DNA of 64,000 nucleotides, from contig CP068257.2 of NCBI GenBank assembly GCA_009914755.4, forward strand, positions 15,008,001-15,072,000, in the 5' to 3' direction. The stretch is from the human T2T-CHM13v2.0 reference genome, Homo sapiens. The stretch's first letter is position 1; the number at the start of each line of letters is the position of its first letter. The notes under the pieces are model-generated. The model was not told where the DNA came from. It worked only from the letters and a program-made list of their open reading frames with translations, and made no database searches. Shown one piece after another: positions 12,501-24,575 of the stretch. Made by a program: the position numbers and the translations under genes.

Positions 12501-13300
12501 TGAATGTGTCTTTATAGTAGCATGATTTATAATCCTTTGGGTGTATACCCAGTAATGGGATCACTGGGTCAAATGGTATTTCTAGTTCTAGATCCTTAAG
12601 GAATCACCACACTGTCTTCCACAATGGTTGAACTAGTTTACACTCCCACCAACAGTGTAAAAGCGCTCCTGTTTCTCCACATCCTCTCCATCATCTGTTG
12701 TTTCCTGACTTTTTAATGATCGCCATTCTAACTGGTGTGAGATGGTATCTCATTGTGGTTTTGATTTGCATTTCTCTGATGACCAGTGATGATGAGCATT
12801 TTTTCATGTGTCTGTTGGCTGCATAAATGTCTTCTTTTGAGAAGTGTCTGCTCATATCCTTTGCCCACTTTTTGATGGGGTTGTTTGTCTTTTTCTTGAA
12901 AATTTGTTTAAGTTCTTTGTAGATTCTGGATATTAGCACTTTGTCAAAAATTTTAATCTGTAATTTAAAACTTTCCTATAAAGATAATCCCAGGAATAGA
13001 CGGCTTTACCAGGCAATTCTACCAAACTTTTAAAGAAAAACTAAAATGCAAAAGGCTGATAATAACACATGTGGACAAGGATGTGGACTAACTGTATTTC
13101 TAATAAATGAATATTGGGAATTTAAATGGGTACAACCACTTTGGAAAACTGGCAATTTTTAATAGAAAGCATTTGCAAATGAATTTTGTACACATCCATT
13201 AGAATTCAGTGCCATATTGTTTTTCCTGCATATAGTTTGATTCTTTTGCTACATTTTTAGGAAGAAACCCTTGCCATAATTCCACCTAGAGTACTTTTTC
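9600..13300 (+). mobile_element. Old LINE-1 body (L1M-like; ORF1 and ORF2 regions), interrupted by a nested young L1
   Basis: Degenerate ORF2 motifs in frame order: APIKKLSRRENTKMH (cf. SPIKRHRLAEWIKK) near 10640; IIMRDFKILLTP (cf. LIMGDFNTPLS) near 10980; ARSLFFDKTNKIGTLFAR (cf. SRSWFFERINKIDRPLARL) at 11770-11820; ...HAFMPINFKILMKQDKF (cf. LYANKLENLEEMDKFL) near 11930-11990; after the nested L1, IPGIDGFTRQFYQTFKEKL (cf. SPGPDGFTAEFYQ) near 12990. Ends are approximate. Confidence 0.65.
12042..12950 (-). mobile_element. LINE-1 3' fragment (young L1PA-like), nested inside the older L1
   Basis: Reverse complement of the L1PA 3'UTR and ORF2 C-terminus. Minus-strand ORF 12691-12939 reads [82 protein letters not shown], and 12175-12564 reads ...IPLLGIHPKDYKSCYYKDT..IAKTWNQTKCPSMIDWIKKMWHIYTMEYYAAVKKDEF... 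Confidence 0.93.
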
Positions 13301-15317
13301 ACATCCCACACAACTTTTTTGAAACAGCACCATTTTGGATGTTTTTTTCATCTATCTCAATGCATTACTATTATTATGTTTATAAGCTACAAAATTTATA
13401 TTTCTAATTGTAGTTTCCTGTGATTAGTAAATTATCATTACACATTGTTACATTTCTACTTTGTCTTGAAGTCATTCATATTAAAGAATTAATTTCACTT
13501 TAGAAATTAAATACGGCTGAGGTTTGTTTAATGAGGCCATTAAAAGGCACATGCAGAAAAAAAAATAGATCCTGTTGCTGTTCTTTCTATTCATGGTGAT
13601 GGTGAGCAATGAAGTGGTTTGTATAGGCACAAACTATGAGAAAAATGTGTTTTTAAAATATTTTAATGACATTTTAATATATGACATGTTAAAACCCTCT
13701 ATCACATCTTCACCCAAAACATTCAGGAAAATATTTATTTTAATATTTGCATTTCTTGGGTACATTTTTCATCAACATAATGATCCCTGTTTCAATGTCA
13801 GGAGGTTAAAAATAAAATATGCCCACAAGAAGCCGTCAGTATCATGATTACTACTAGAAATAACAGTACAGAAATATTTCTTAGAAAGCATCAAAGCAAG
13901 GATAGCTTGATTTTTAAATCCTCAGGCAGTAGTGTGAAAACCGTAGAATCACTCGTTAACCAACAGCAAATTATCTAGGCTTTAAAAGCAGGAAATAGAC
14001 TTTTTCTTGCTGACTTTTAGTTTACAGCCCTGTCCCTACGTCCAGAGCTCTTTATTCCACAACTTTATCAAATTCTGCCTTTAAAAAACAATCTTTGTTT
14101 TCAAACTCATCATGGCCCGAAATTACTAACACTAGAAATAAAATCCCAGCTGATGTCAATGTTTTCAAAAATGTAAAGAGGCTTTTCTTAGAGACCCTGG
14201 ATGAAAAATGCCTATTCAAAGATTCAGGACGCTTCAATTGACCCTCTCTGCACCCCTTATATTTCTCAACAATTCTGGGAAAATCTGTTATTAAATCAAG
14301 TTATTTTTTCCAATTGAATCTCTAATTAAACTCTTTGATACAAAGTCAAGGGTTTCTGCAAAAATTTGTGTACTCTTGAAAGTCTCTGAAGTAGTAAAAC
14401 TGTAGATTCATGAAATTATTACTATTATTATTATTTTAAAGTTATGGAATTTCTTTGTTTATTGTGCTCATGGACTTTCCAGAGAATTAAAGTTTCCTTC
14501 GTTTTAATTGAGAGATTTGTATGACAAATCAAATCTCACTGACCTTCTTTGAGCCTTCTTAGAAATGTGAATGATTTGGTAGTTTGATATTGAGAATCAT
14601 ATCTTACCTTCTTAATGGATTATTATGCCTTCTGTTGTCTGAGGTGGACAGACAAATTGATTGCTATTTGGAAGGATTTTAATTTTTTGTTTTCTTATTT
14701 CTAAGAGCAAATGTATTCTCTGAAGACAGAAAAATATGTGAAACAATATTCGTTCTTATCTTACTTGAAAATTTAATTAATTGATGAGTGAACCTCACCA
14801 TAATATTTACTTGCTAATCTTATTTTAATAACAGGCCGCTAAAAAGCACAAATCTATTCATTTCAGGTAATAATGAATAGTTCACTTTAGAATGTGTCAA
14901 GGTATGTCCTAGTTCCTTAAATAAGTTCTTAAAAATACATTAATGAAAAACAAGTCATTGTTTATTCTGAATTCAGTAGCTACTGAAGAAAATAACTGTA
15001 TTTGGTTGCGATGTTCCTTTGTTCCACAGTTTCCTGTTTCTGAAGTGTTTACTTTCTCCTTTCTGGTCATCCTACATACATCCATTGTTAAAGGGCCAGC
15101 CCTGGACTCCTCCCTCCATTCCTGGGTAGCTTGCCATACACAGAGCAGTGCATTCCAGGACTTTGTACTGTTTGGTGTAATAGATTTCCTGAGTTCGTGT
15201 CTTCTCCCTTCAATTGGAAGGCAACAACAATTTATTTTGCTTCTTTTATATTTCCTGCATCACCTACAACATCCTGAACATTTTGTCTCTCAGAGGTTTA
15301 CATAATAAAATGAATAC

Positions 15318-15802
<485 letters not shown>

Positions 15803-15814
15803 TCAACTAAATTT

Positions 15815-15930
15815 AACAAGTATTTACTGAGCACCTACTATGTGTCAGACGCTATATAGGTAGGTAATTGGTAGACAATAGAGTATAGAACTGACAAAAA
15901 TCTCTGCTCTTATAAAGCTTATATTCCATG
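15815..15930 (-). repeat. MIR-like SINE fragment
   Basis: TATTTACTGAGCACCTACTATGTGTCAGACGCTATATAGGTAGGTA... matches the reverse complement of the MIR 3' region. Confidence 0.4.
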
Positions 15931-18900
15931 GAGATTAGATAATATCTGGTTATATCTGACAGAATCATTCTGGACAAGGAAAAGATCAAGTGTAGAGACC
16001 CTGCGTGGAGAGTGTTGAGACTAGCAAGGACGAGGTCACAGATAGAGCGTGAGATTACATAAAGCCTTATGGGTGTTGAAGGGCAAATAGAAGCCTTTGG
16101 ATGATTCTGAGCAGAGGAATAACATAATATGACTTTAATAGCACCTGTAAAGATACTGGATTGGATTTAAAGATTACTTGAAATTTCTCCTATAAACGAA
16201 ATTCTGTGGCCCTGCGACTTTCTCTTCTATGTGGGGTTCACCCTAAAAAATATATTAATTTATGATCCACATAACATGACAGTCTTTCTACTCATACCAC
16301 ATATGTTTTATACATGTTCATCATACATATGCAAAAATAAGATAATTTCCTTTTACATGCTTACCCAAAGAAAACTAAAACCTAACTTACAGATATTCAA
16401 ATGCTTTATATATGCCATTATTCTTAGCTTCACACAGAACTAGTTCTGTCTCTTAAACAGGCTGATATTTAAACATAGGAGTGTTTCCAGAGAAGCTCTG
16501 AAAGTAAGCCAACATGATTTTTTTAATTATTATTTTTTATGATTATAGACATAGTTATTTTCTATGCATATGTTTCTAACTTAAAATAAAAAAGCAATCC
16601 TTCCTGTCACCAATTAACATGTATGTCCTTGTGTACATGGATATATACAGAGCTAATTACATGTGTGTGAGTTTATTGGTTATTGTACATATACATATTA
16701 TCCCTTTATGCTGAGTCTTCAATCAATAACAATCCCAGTAGTAACAAACATACCCAGAGCCCAGATCTTGGTTTCTACATACCATTTTTTATTGAAAGAC
16801 AGCAGATACAGCTGTTTCTAGGGTTGGGACAAGAAAAATACAAGATGAGCCATCAGCATCTTGTAGTACCAAAAAGTAAGAAAGTGCCCAAAAACAAAAA
16901 TATGGGGGTGTCGTCAAAGGGATAAAGAAACCCACATGAAAGATTTCAATTGCCAAAGCAACAAAAAATGTAACCAAAAAAATAGATAATGCATTATTGG
17001 TTTATAAAGCAAAGAATAAAATAAATACACCTGATTCCATAGTGGTATAAATAAATGATTGATAAGCAAATAGAGAAGGAGACAAATCTTCTTTACAGAA
17101 TTTCAAACAATATATATAGGGGGTGGAGCTTAATTCTCATACCACTCCCTACACTTGACGGTGGGCTTAGTGACTTGCTGCCAAAGAGTAGAGTAGGGAA
17201 TGGGAAAAAGGCAAGTTTTCAGTGGAGTAACCTGGTAAACGCTACTTTATCCAAATAGTTAAGGTTAACATTGTTAGTGATTTCATGTGACTATCATCTA
17301 ACGCCTGATACGATATGACAAAAATGGTGCTTTACCTCGTTAGTATTTTTTAAGACTCATAATCCCAATCTTATCTGAAAAAACATAAAACAAATACAGG
17401 TTGAGGAGCATTCTACAGGATACCTGAAAATTACTGCTCAAGACTGTCAAGCTCTTGAAAAACAGACTGAGAAATATTCACAGAGCAGAGGAGAATGAGG
17501 AGACTTGGCAACCAAATGCAATGTGGTACCCTTGATTGGATCCTAGAACCCAGAGAGGGAATTATGGCATTAAAAACTGATGAAATTCAAGTAAGTCTGG
17601 AATACAGTTAAGAATAATGTATTAATGTAAGGAAATTGGCTGAGGGGTACATTTTGCAACCCCTTTATGCTATCTTTGCAACTTTTTCGCAAATCTGAAA
17701 TTATTACAAAATAAAATGTTCGTTTAAAAGGTAAAATTATGAATTGCCATTTTTTATTACAAAGATGCTTTTGCTAGAAATAAAGATGATTGTGTTTGTT
17801 TGAATCAAAATGCATGGAAAATACATGAATACATTCTGCTTAGTTTCTTCTTTTTCGAGCACTACAAAAATGAGTGCCGAATCTCTCTTTTCATCCCTTA
17901 ATGTGGTTCCTTCACTCCCAATATGTATCTGAAATTAGTAGGAAGAGACAAAGGAAGCACTGGCATTTTTACTTTCATAAACATTAACAGATGCAGAGTC
18001 AGGAGGTCTTTCCAGTCACAGCCGGTGGGTGGTTTCAGTATTTTCTTCCCAGCATGGTCTTACGTGAATAATGGTGGCAAATTATATATGACTTTATTAA
18101 GCACCTTTCTCTTTTTGGAAGAAAACTGCTTTTCATTACACGTAAAATAATAATAGTTATATTCATAATGACACCAACCATCCATCACAAGGACCATATT
18201 CCTTTTTTAAAAAAATTTACTATAGAAATCACCTCAGATTATGTGTTGAGCTTGTTGCAAAGTCTAAATGCAACATAAATTGTCTCCAGTATGACCTTTC
18301 ACAAATGTGAGTGCAAAGTAAAAATAAAATCCTGGGACTAAAAGCCTCAGCTCACAATCTAGAGAAAATTTCAAGTAAAAACATAGATTAAAATGGTTTT
18401 TTTTTTTTGAAAAATTGATAATTGAAAAGAAAGGATGAGAAGTGCTGCTGAAATTTGTTGGTACTAGAAGCTAAGCAGATTTATGAGACAGATTCAAGGC
18501 ATGATTTTTTAAATCCCAAATAATAGTAATAACAGTAATAATTGTACAAATCAAGCGTTGGTGAAAAAATCACTACAAAATTTATTACCATACTTTTAAC
18601 TCTCAAAAATTACACTGTTGTTACTTCACTCATATTCTTGACACTCTGCAGAAGGTTCTTCTTTGAAGAACCTAAAATATGGTATATTAGGGGATCTCTG
18701 GGAATTGAATTGCTAGAATTATTTGTGCTTCCTATTGCTTAAACTGATGCTGCTGTGAACAATTAATTAAACAAGTTAGCAAAATAAATTGAGCCTTTAA
18801 ATCTTTTCTTTACTTGGCTTATATGTGTTATACTTTTCTTCGGTAATAAATAAGTAGGGATTTTGTAATGCAAATTAGTAAAAAATATTTTATTGAATGC

Positions 18901-19899
18901 CTTCCATTCATTTGACTGATAAAATAGTGGTAAATAGAAATATTGCTCATTAATGCCCACACTTAGCTATAATTCTAATTTGGGGATCTCTGAGCTTAAA
19001 ACCAAACTATACATATTTGGAAAGAAGATAGCCTATGGCCTTAAAAATAAACAATGTGAACTGACTGTCCTGTGTCTTTTTATTGTTATTTTCTTGAGAC
19101 ACGCCTGTTGCTACAACTTTCTTTTTCCAGCTAATTTTCACAATTGCCAATAAAATATCTTTATTATTTTAACTCTAAATCAAGTAAGAACAACATAGTT
19201 TTGTGCAAAAATCACAGAAAATTCAACATTTGGACATTTCATCATGACCTCCAGTGCAACTTGTATGATGTTAAATTCATCATTTACTAATTTCCTTAAA
19301 AGCTACAAACCTGTAAACAACACCATATTCTATCCATATTCTATTCTTTAAAGTGAGAAATCTTGGCAATTTTTTTAAATCCCCTTTCCCTCAATCTTTT
19401 AAAAAATAATTAATCACCAAAGTTGCTCATTTATCTTTTGAGATATCTTTTGGAATCACAGCTTCTTTGCCATTTTGTCCACAATCACCATCATCCAGTT
19501 ACTCACGTCTAGATCTCCAGGTGACCTTCCTGTTTTCAATCTCTCTATCAGAGAATTCATCCTGCAAGAACCTCTATTGCCTACCAAACTACAGCCAATG
19601 CCTTCTGCTAGAATTTCAGGATAATCACATTGCCTTTTACTTACTTTTCATTCTAGCCAGGTTGTTTTTCTCTGTCCCCTGGATATATCACACAATTTTA
19701 GTTTTTGCTTCTCTTGACTCTACCTAGAAATTTATCTTAACTCTCTTCTATTTGAACTCTCATATCAACCCTTTTACCATTCTGTCTACTCATACATACA
19801 TAAAACAGAAGCATTATATCTATATTTACAAAAGAAAGCAACAAAAAACATTTTGAGCTTATAGGAAATTCAGGGAACATTGTTCTCAGGAAATTTTCT

Positions 19900-21000
19900 T
19901 ATAGAAATTAGCAGAGAATCAACTTTAATCAACTAAGATATAAATTGATACATGAATGTATCATGCACAGTACTGAACATGAATAAACCAAGGAATTATA
20001 TTTACAGGAAGAAATATCAGTATTAGAAACCTGATAAGGCCAAAATGAGATAATAATATTTAGTTTTAAAAAGAGAAGAAGAAGGTATACATAGTATATG
20101 TACACTGTTTTCCTAATCTTCCTGGCTAAAAATCTAGAGAGAATTTGTTATCAAAAAATCAAAGAATACAATTACAAAATCAAAGATCAATAACATGATC
20201 AACTAAAATCATGCAGTAGAAAAAAAAGAAAGAGGAAAGAAGCAATGTATAGTGACATCATTGCTTATTGCAGAGAGTTCATAAACCCTGCCTGAAATAC
20301 AAAAAAACTTAGTGTATTACTAAAATAAGCAATCAGCTCTGGCATATTTATTATGAAGTTAATGAAGCTTAAACTGGAAGGCACCTCTTTTGCACAGACC
20401 CCTTCTACTCTTTGCTGTGACTCCTTTCTTAATTCTAAATAATTTTTTTCACTTGCCTGGTTACTTTTATTTTATTACTTTCTATTCTTTTCATTGAAGA
20501 AGTTCTCTCTAATTGTGTAATCTTTAGAACTCACAAAACCTGAACCTACCCCTGATTTTAAAGATACCTCAGAAAAAAAAAATAGCACAGTACACACACA
20601 CACACACACACACACAGCAAAAACAATAAGCAAACAAAAGAGTCAGTAAATATATAAAAAGACATTGCTTGAAAAACAAAATAAACAGAATAATTATAAG
20701 AACAGAATTAAGTTGAAACACAATTTTTAAAAATTATACATCTACAACTCATTGAAATAATAACACTTTCATTTATATCATTATAAATATTCATCTACAT
20801 AGTGTGTACCAGAGAATCTCCTAAAACCAACTGACTGAGAGAGATTAAAAAAAAATGATGGGAAACATATAGCAAATTCAAACCCAAAATAAAGCAGGAG
20901 TCACAATATTAATATTTCAGAGAAGGTAAAATCTAAAGGAAAAAGCACTAAACAACATAAAGTGTACCACTATATAATAATGACTTAATCCATTCAGGCT
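19900..21000 (+). mobile_element. Ancient LINE-1 fragment (L1M-like; end of ORF1 and start of ORF2)
   Basis: 20905-20980 translates ...VTILIFQRR*NLKEKALNNIKC, cf. the ORF2 N-terminus ITILTLNVNGLNSPIKRHRLAEWIKK. Surrounding sequence is AT-rich and L1-like. Boundaries are uncertain. Confidence 0.45.
20592..20617. repeat. (AC)n microsatellite, ~13 units
   Basis: Read directly. Confidence 0.9.
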
Positions 21001-21336
21001 GCTATAACAAAATAACTTAGACTGGGTAGATCATAAGCAATAGAAACCTATTTCTCAGAGTTCTAGAGGCTGGAAAGCTGAGATTAAGACACAGATTCAG
21101 TACATGATGAGGGCCAGTTTCCTGGGTCATAGATGGCACCTTCTCACTGCCTCCTTGCATGGTGGAAGAGGCTAATGAGCTCCCTTGGGCCTCTTTTATA
21201 AGGGCACCAATCCCATTCATGAGGACACTGTCCTTATGATCTAATCACGTCCCAAAGGTCCTACCTCTTAATACCATCACCTTGGGGGTTAGGATGTGAA
21301 CGTATAAATTTGGGGGAGGGGACACAAATATATCCA
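20985..21336 (+). repeat. Ancient interspersed repeat (LTR-like, or a MaLR/L1M-3'-end-associated family); exact family not assigned
   Basis: Carries the widespread mammalian motif GCTGCTATAACAAAATA..AGACTGGGT..ATTTCTCAGAGTTCTAGAGGCTGGAAAGCTGAGATTAAG...CTTTTATAAGGGCACCAATCCCATTCATGAGG...CCAAAGGTCCTACCTCTTAATACCATCACCTTGGGGGTTAGGAT...TTGGGGGAGGGGACACAAATAT. It interrupts the L1M fragment. Confidence 0.5.
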
Positions 21337-24321
21337 CTAAAGCAATGAATAAGGATAAAATCCACAGTCAACACCTAACAGATGAATTTCTATGCAGGAA
21401 AGGATATAGCATCAACAATCATACTGAAACTAATTTTAAAAACACTTGAAGAAAGTTATATGAATACATTAGTAGTAACTTTTATTTTCCTAAGTGCATA
21501 ATAGATCAAGCAGTCATAAAATCAGTACCTATATAAAAGACCGAAGTATCATAATTAATGAGATAGTAATAATTAGTATTAATTTAACTTTGTTCCCTGA
21601 ATATAAAGAGCAAGTCTAGTTTTCTGGTATCCTCAGAACATTCACATTAGGACACACACACGCACACACACAACCCTTGGGCTGAAACCAGAGTAGTAAG
21701 TAAATGAACAGCCGTTATTATCCTGAGGGAAATGTTGTTATTGGAAACTGAAGTTTTGAGGAAATTAGTGGCCAACCCATGTGGGTCTTCACAAGACATA
21801 CAGCTAAGCCTGAAAGCCCTGCACAAAGCTGGGAATATCTAAGATACTATAAACTCAATGAGAGTCTTAGTTATAACAACAAATATGCCCACAAATGGAA
21901 CCAGAAAGAGACCTGCTTGTCTCTGCTATAGCCCTGGATGGGGTAAGAATAGTATTTTCCACACATGATAAGCATAGACCTACCTCATCAATTTATACTA
22001 CCTGAACAGGTCAGGAACCCCTCACGTTGAGAAATCAATTTAAAGTTCTAGGTTGTTAGCATTCTTTGGTACCAGCAGAGGCAATTTCAGTTCTTCTCTG
22101 GAGATTCTTAAGCTACTAGCTCAGGATTTTCCAAAATTAAAGCTAACATCTAGATTTAATTATTATCAAATGCCAAATACATGTCCCCAAAAACCCAAAA
22201 GCAAAACCAAAACAAAACCCAATTATCATGGTCCAAAGATAATGGAACCACAGAAAACAATTTGGTATATCAGATATTGGAATAACTAGAAAAGATATTT
22301 TAAAACTAAGTATAAAATATTTAAGGCAATAAAACTGAATGAGAAAAATAATCATATATCAAGAAACTACAGTTGCTAAAATATCCAATTACTTATGAAG
22401 AACCAGAAATAGAGGGCCAAAAATATAGGTACTAATGGTAAATATAGGATGCATCCTGGCATTAGAAAAATTTCAAAACACAAAATGATAAAGAAATCCA
22501 ACTACAGGACTCTGTAAACCAGACTTTGTATGGCAAAAACAAATCTTTTCCCTCTGCTGCTACTACACAAAAGTTCAATCCTGCTACTTTTCTTCCAAGA
22601 GGAATTGGTAATCACCTATCTGGGAGAATTGCCCTTTGAAACTGCAATCTAAATGCTAGCCTTTGCTTACTCTTGACAAATTTATCTAAAAACTGTGTAA
22701 AGGTCATTTTAACGTTACCAATGAGACTAATGATAGACGTGTACCCCCTTGGCTATAGTCACGGCTACTACTACCTGGGATATACATTTTCAACTTTAAA
22801 AATGGTTTATGAGTGTGTTATCTGTCCAACAGTTACATCTGTTAGCAATGTACTATATAAACTTTACAGTTGGTAGAAAAACTTTAATAAAGGCTTTTGT
22901 ATACTGAGATTACATGGGAAAGGAAAATAATATTTTAGTGTTGAAGGCCTTCTGGGCCTCTTTTCTTTTATTTCTCTGAGTCAGCAGCATGTGCAGGCTC
23001 ATGTATTTGAGTGGTTAGCCAAACTCTGCCAACATTTTGCCCAACGTGAAATGCCCATGTAACAAAGAATCTACGTCCTTTTTAAATTTAAAACATGTTG
23101 GTCCATGTCTACAGATTTAAAAGCAACAATACAAATTGCTCAAATGGAAAATCCTTAATTTAAAAATACAATCAATGCAAGCCACAACTCCTGCATACAA
23201 TCTTTGAGGAATTCTCCCCTTCCCAGGGATCACATTTAATGAACTGGCAATAGCTGGATTCTGAATGATACTCCCAGAAGTAGCACTGTAACTACGTCTT
23301 GAAACCTCAAGTGTTTAGGTTGGCTTTTCTTGAGATGGTTATCTAATAAGTCGGCCGTGTATGATTTTCTTTCACCTCCTATCATGGAAGTCTAATGGTC
23401 AGATATTCTGTCTTCCTGTTTCTGGCAGTAACACTTTGAGCATTTTACCTAGTATGGAATTTGTAATCTTGGTGTGACCAAGAGCTAGCTGTGCCATTGA
23501 GAGTCTAGCTCTGCCGCCTTGTGTGTTCCAAGAAAGCCCTATCCAGGACAGCAGTGCCAGGGTGCATCCCAACCCGACTGCTCTGGGGATGACAGTCTTG
23601 CTGTTTTCCTGCAGGCTTTCCTTCCTTGTTTCTTCCCCTTGTTTTGGTGTTCCCATATATTGTGCAAGCTATCAGACACCCTTCTAATATGATCCTTTCA
23701 GGCCAGACTAGAGTCAGTTTCTGTCACTTGCAATCAAGAAGCCTAACTGATATAATATCTCAACTAAAAAGTCAACTCTCAGTTATGAAGATTGCATATC
23801 TTTTCTCAGCCATTTGTTCCAGGCAATCCAAGTGAATTTACTGTATGTAGGTACCATTTCTCTTTATCCTCATCACTTCCAGCAGTCTCATTTCTGAATT
23901 TGTATATCAATAAGGAGAGTGCAAAATTAAATTAGTCTAACATCTGCCTAGCTTCTCTTTTTCATTGTTGTGCAGTATATATACATTGTTGTGAAGTACA
24001 TAGTACAACGGATATGGGCAAAACCAGAGATAGCAGTTATTAGGTTTAAATCCGTTATCTAGTGTTCTGTGAATGTATTTCTCTGGGGCAAAATAAAAAA
24101 TATTTGGAATAGTTTCACTCTGAAGTCAGCTGCTTCAGAAATTGCAGACTGTGTCAGATTGAACTCTCAAAGGAAAATATGAAGCACAGAAACAATGGTA
24201 AATGACAAGTAATAGAAAAAGTTGTATACATTCAGTAGAAGTAAATAAACTTTAACGTTTTCCAAATAAGATTTAACTTTTTAAAAAGTGTTTACTTGGT
24301 GTGAAGCATTGTGTCAAGTGA

Positions 24322-24575
24322 TTCCAGTCAGGGTTTCTCAAACTCAGTTCTGGTGACAAGTGGCGTGGGAGAAAACTTTCTTACGGGAGCTTTCCTATGC
24401 ATTTTAGGACTGCCGGCAGCATCCTTGGCCTCTATCCATTAGATGCCAGTGGCACACAGGCAGACACACCATTTACAATAAACAAAAGTGTTTTCAGGCA
24501 TGGCCAATGTCACCTTGGCTGGGAGTTGTGGGGTGTGGCGGGGAATCACCTCTTGTTGAGAACCACTATTTAGAT
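24322..24575 (+). mobile_element. Non-autonomous DNA transposon (MITE-like, hAT/MER5-like) with terminal inverted repeats
   Basis: Begins CAGGGTTTCTCAAACTCAGTT and ends ...CACCTCTTGTTGAGAACCACTATTT, giving TIRs GGTTTCTCAA / TTGAGAACC. Internal ...GCATGGCCAATGTCACCTTGGCTGGG... resembles MER5/Charlie-type elements. Confidence 0.45.

Noticed and set aside
12175-12939. 129-aa and 82-aa minus-strand ORFs; likewise 51095-51433 (112 aa), 5216-5584 (122 aa) and 2679-2882
   Set aside because: Translations are near-consensus L1 ORF2 C-terminal sequence (…[29 protein letters not shown]…, …DPAIPLLGIYPK(D/E)YKS…). They are fragments of 5'-truncated L1 elements, not genes.
17100-17340. Possible DNA-transposon or LTR fragment (…CCACTCCCTACACTTGACGGTGGGCTTAGTGACTTGCTGCCAAAGAGTAGAGTAGGGAATGGG…)
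   Set aside because: Only a vague resemblance to repeats I remember and no termini identified. Too weak to annotate.
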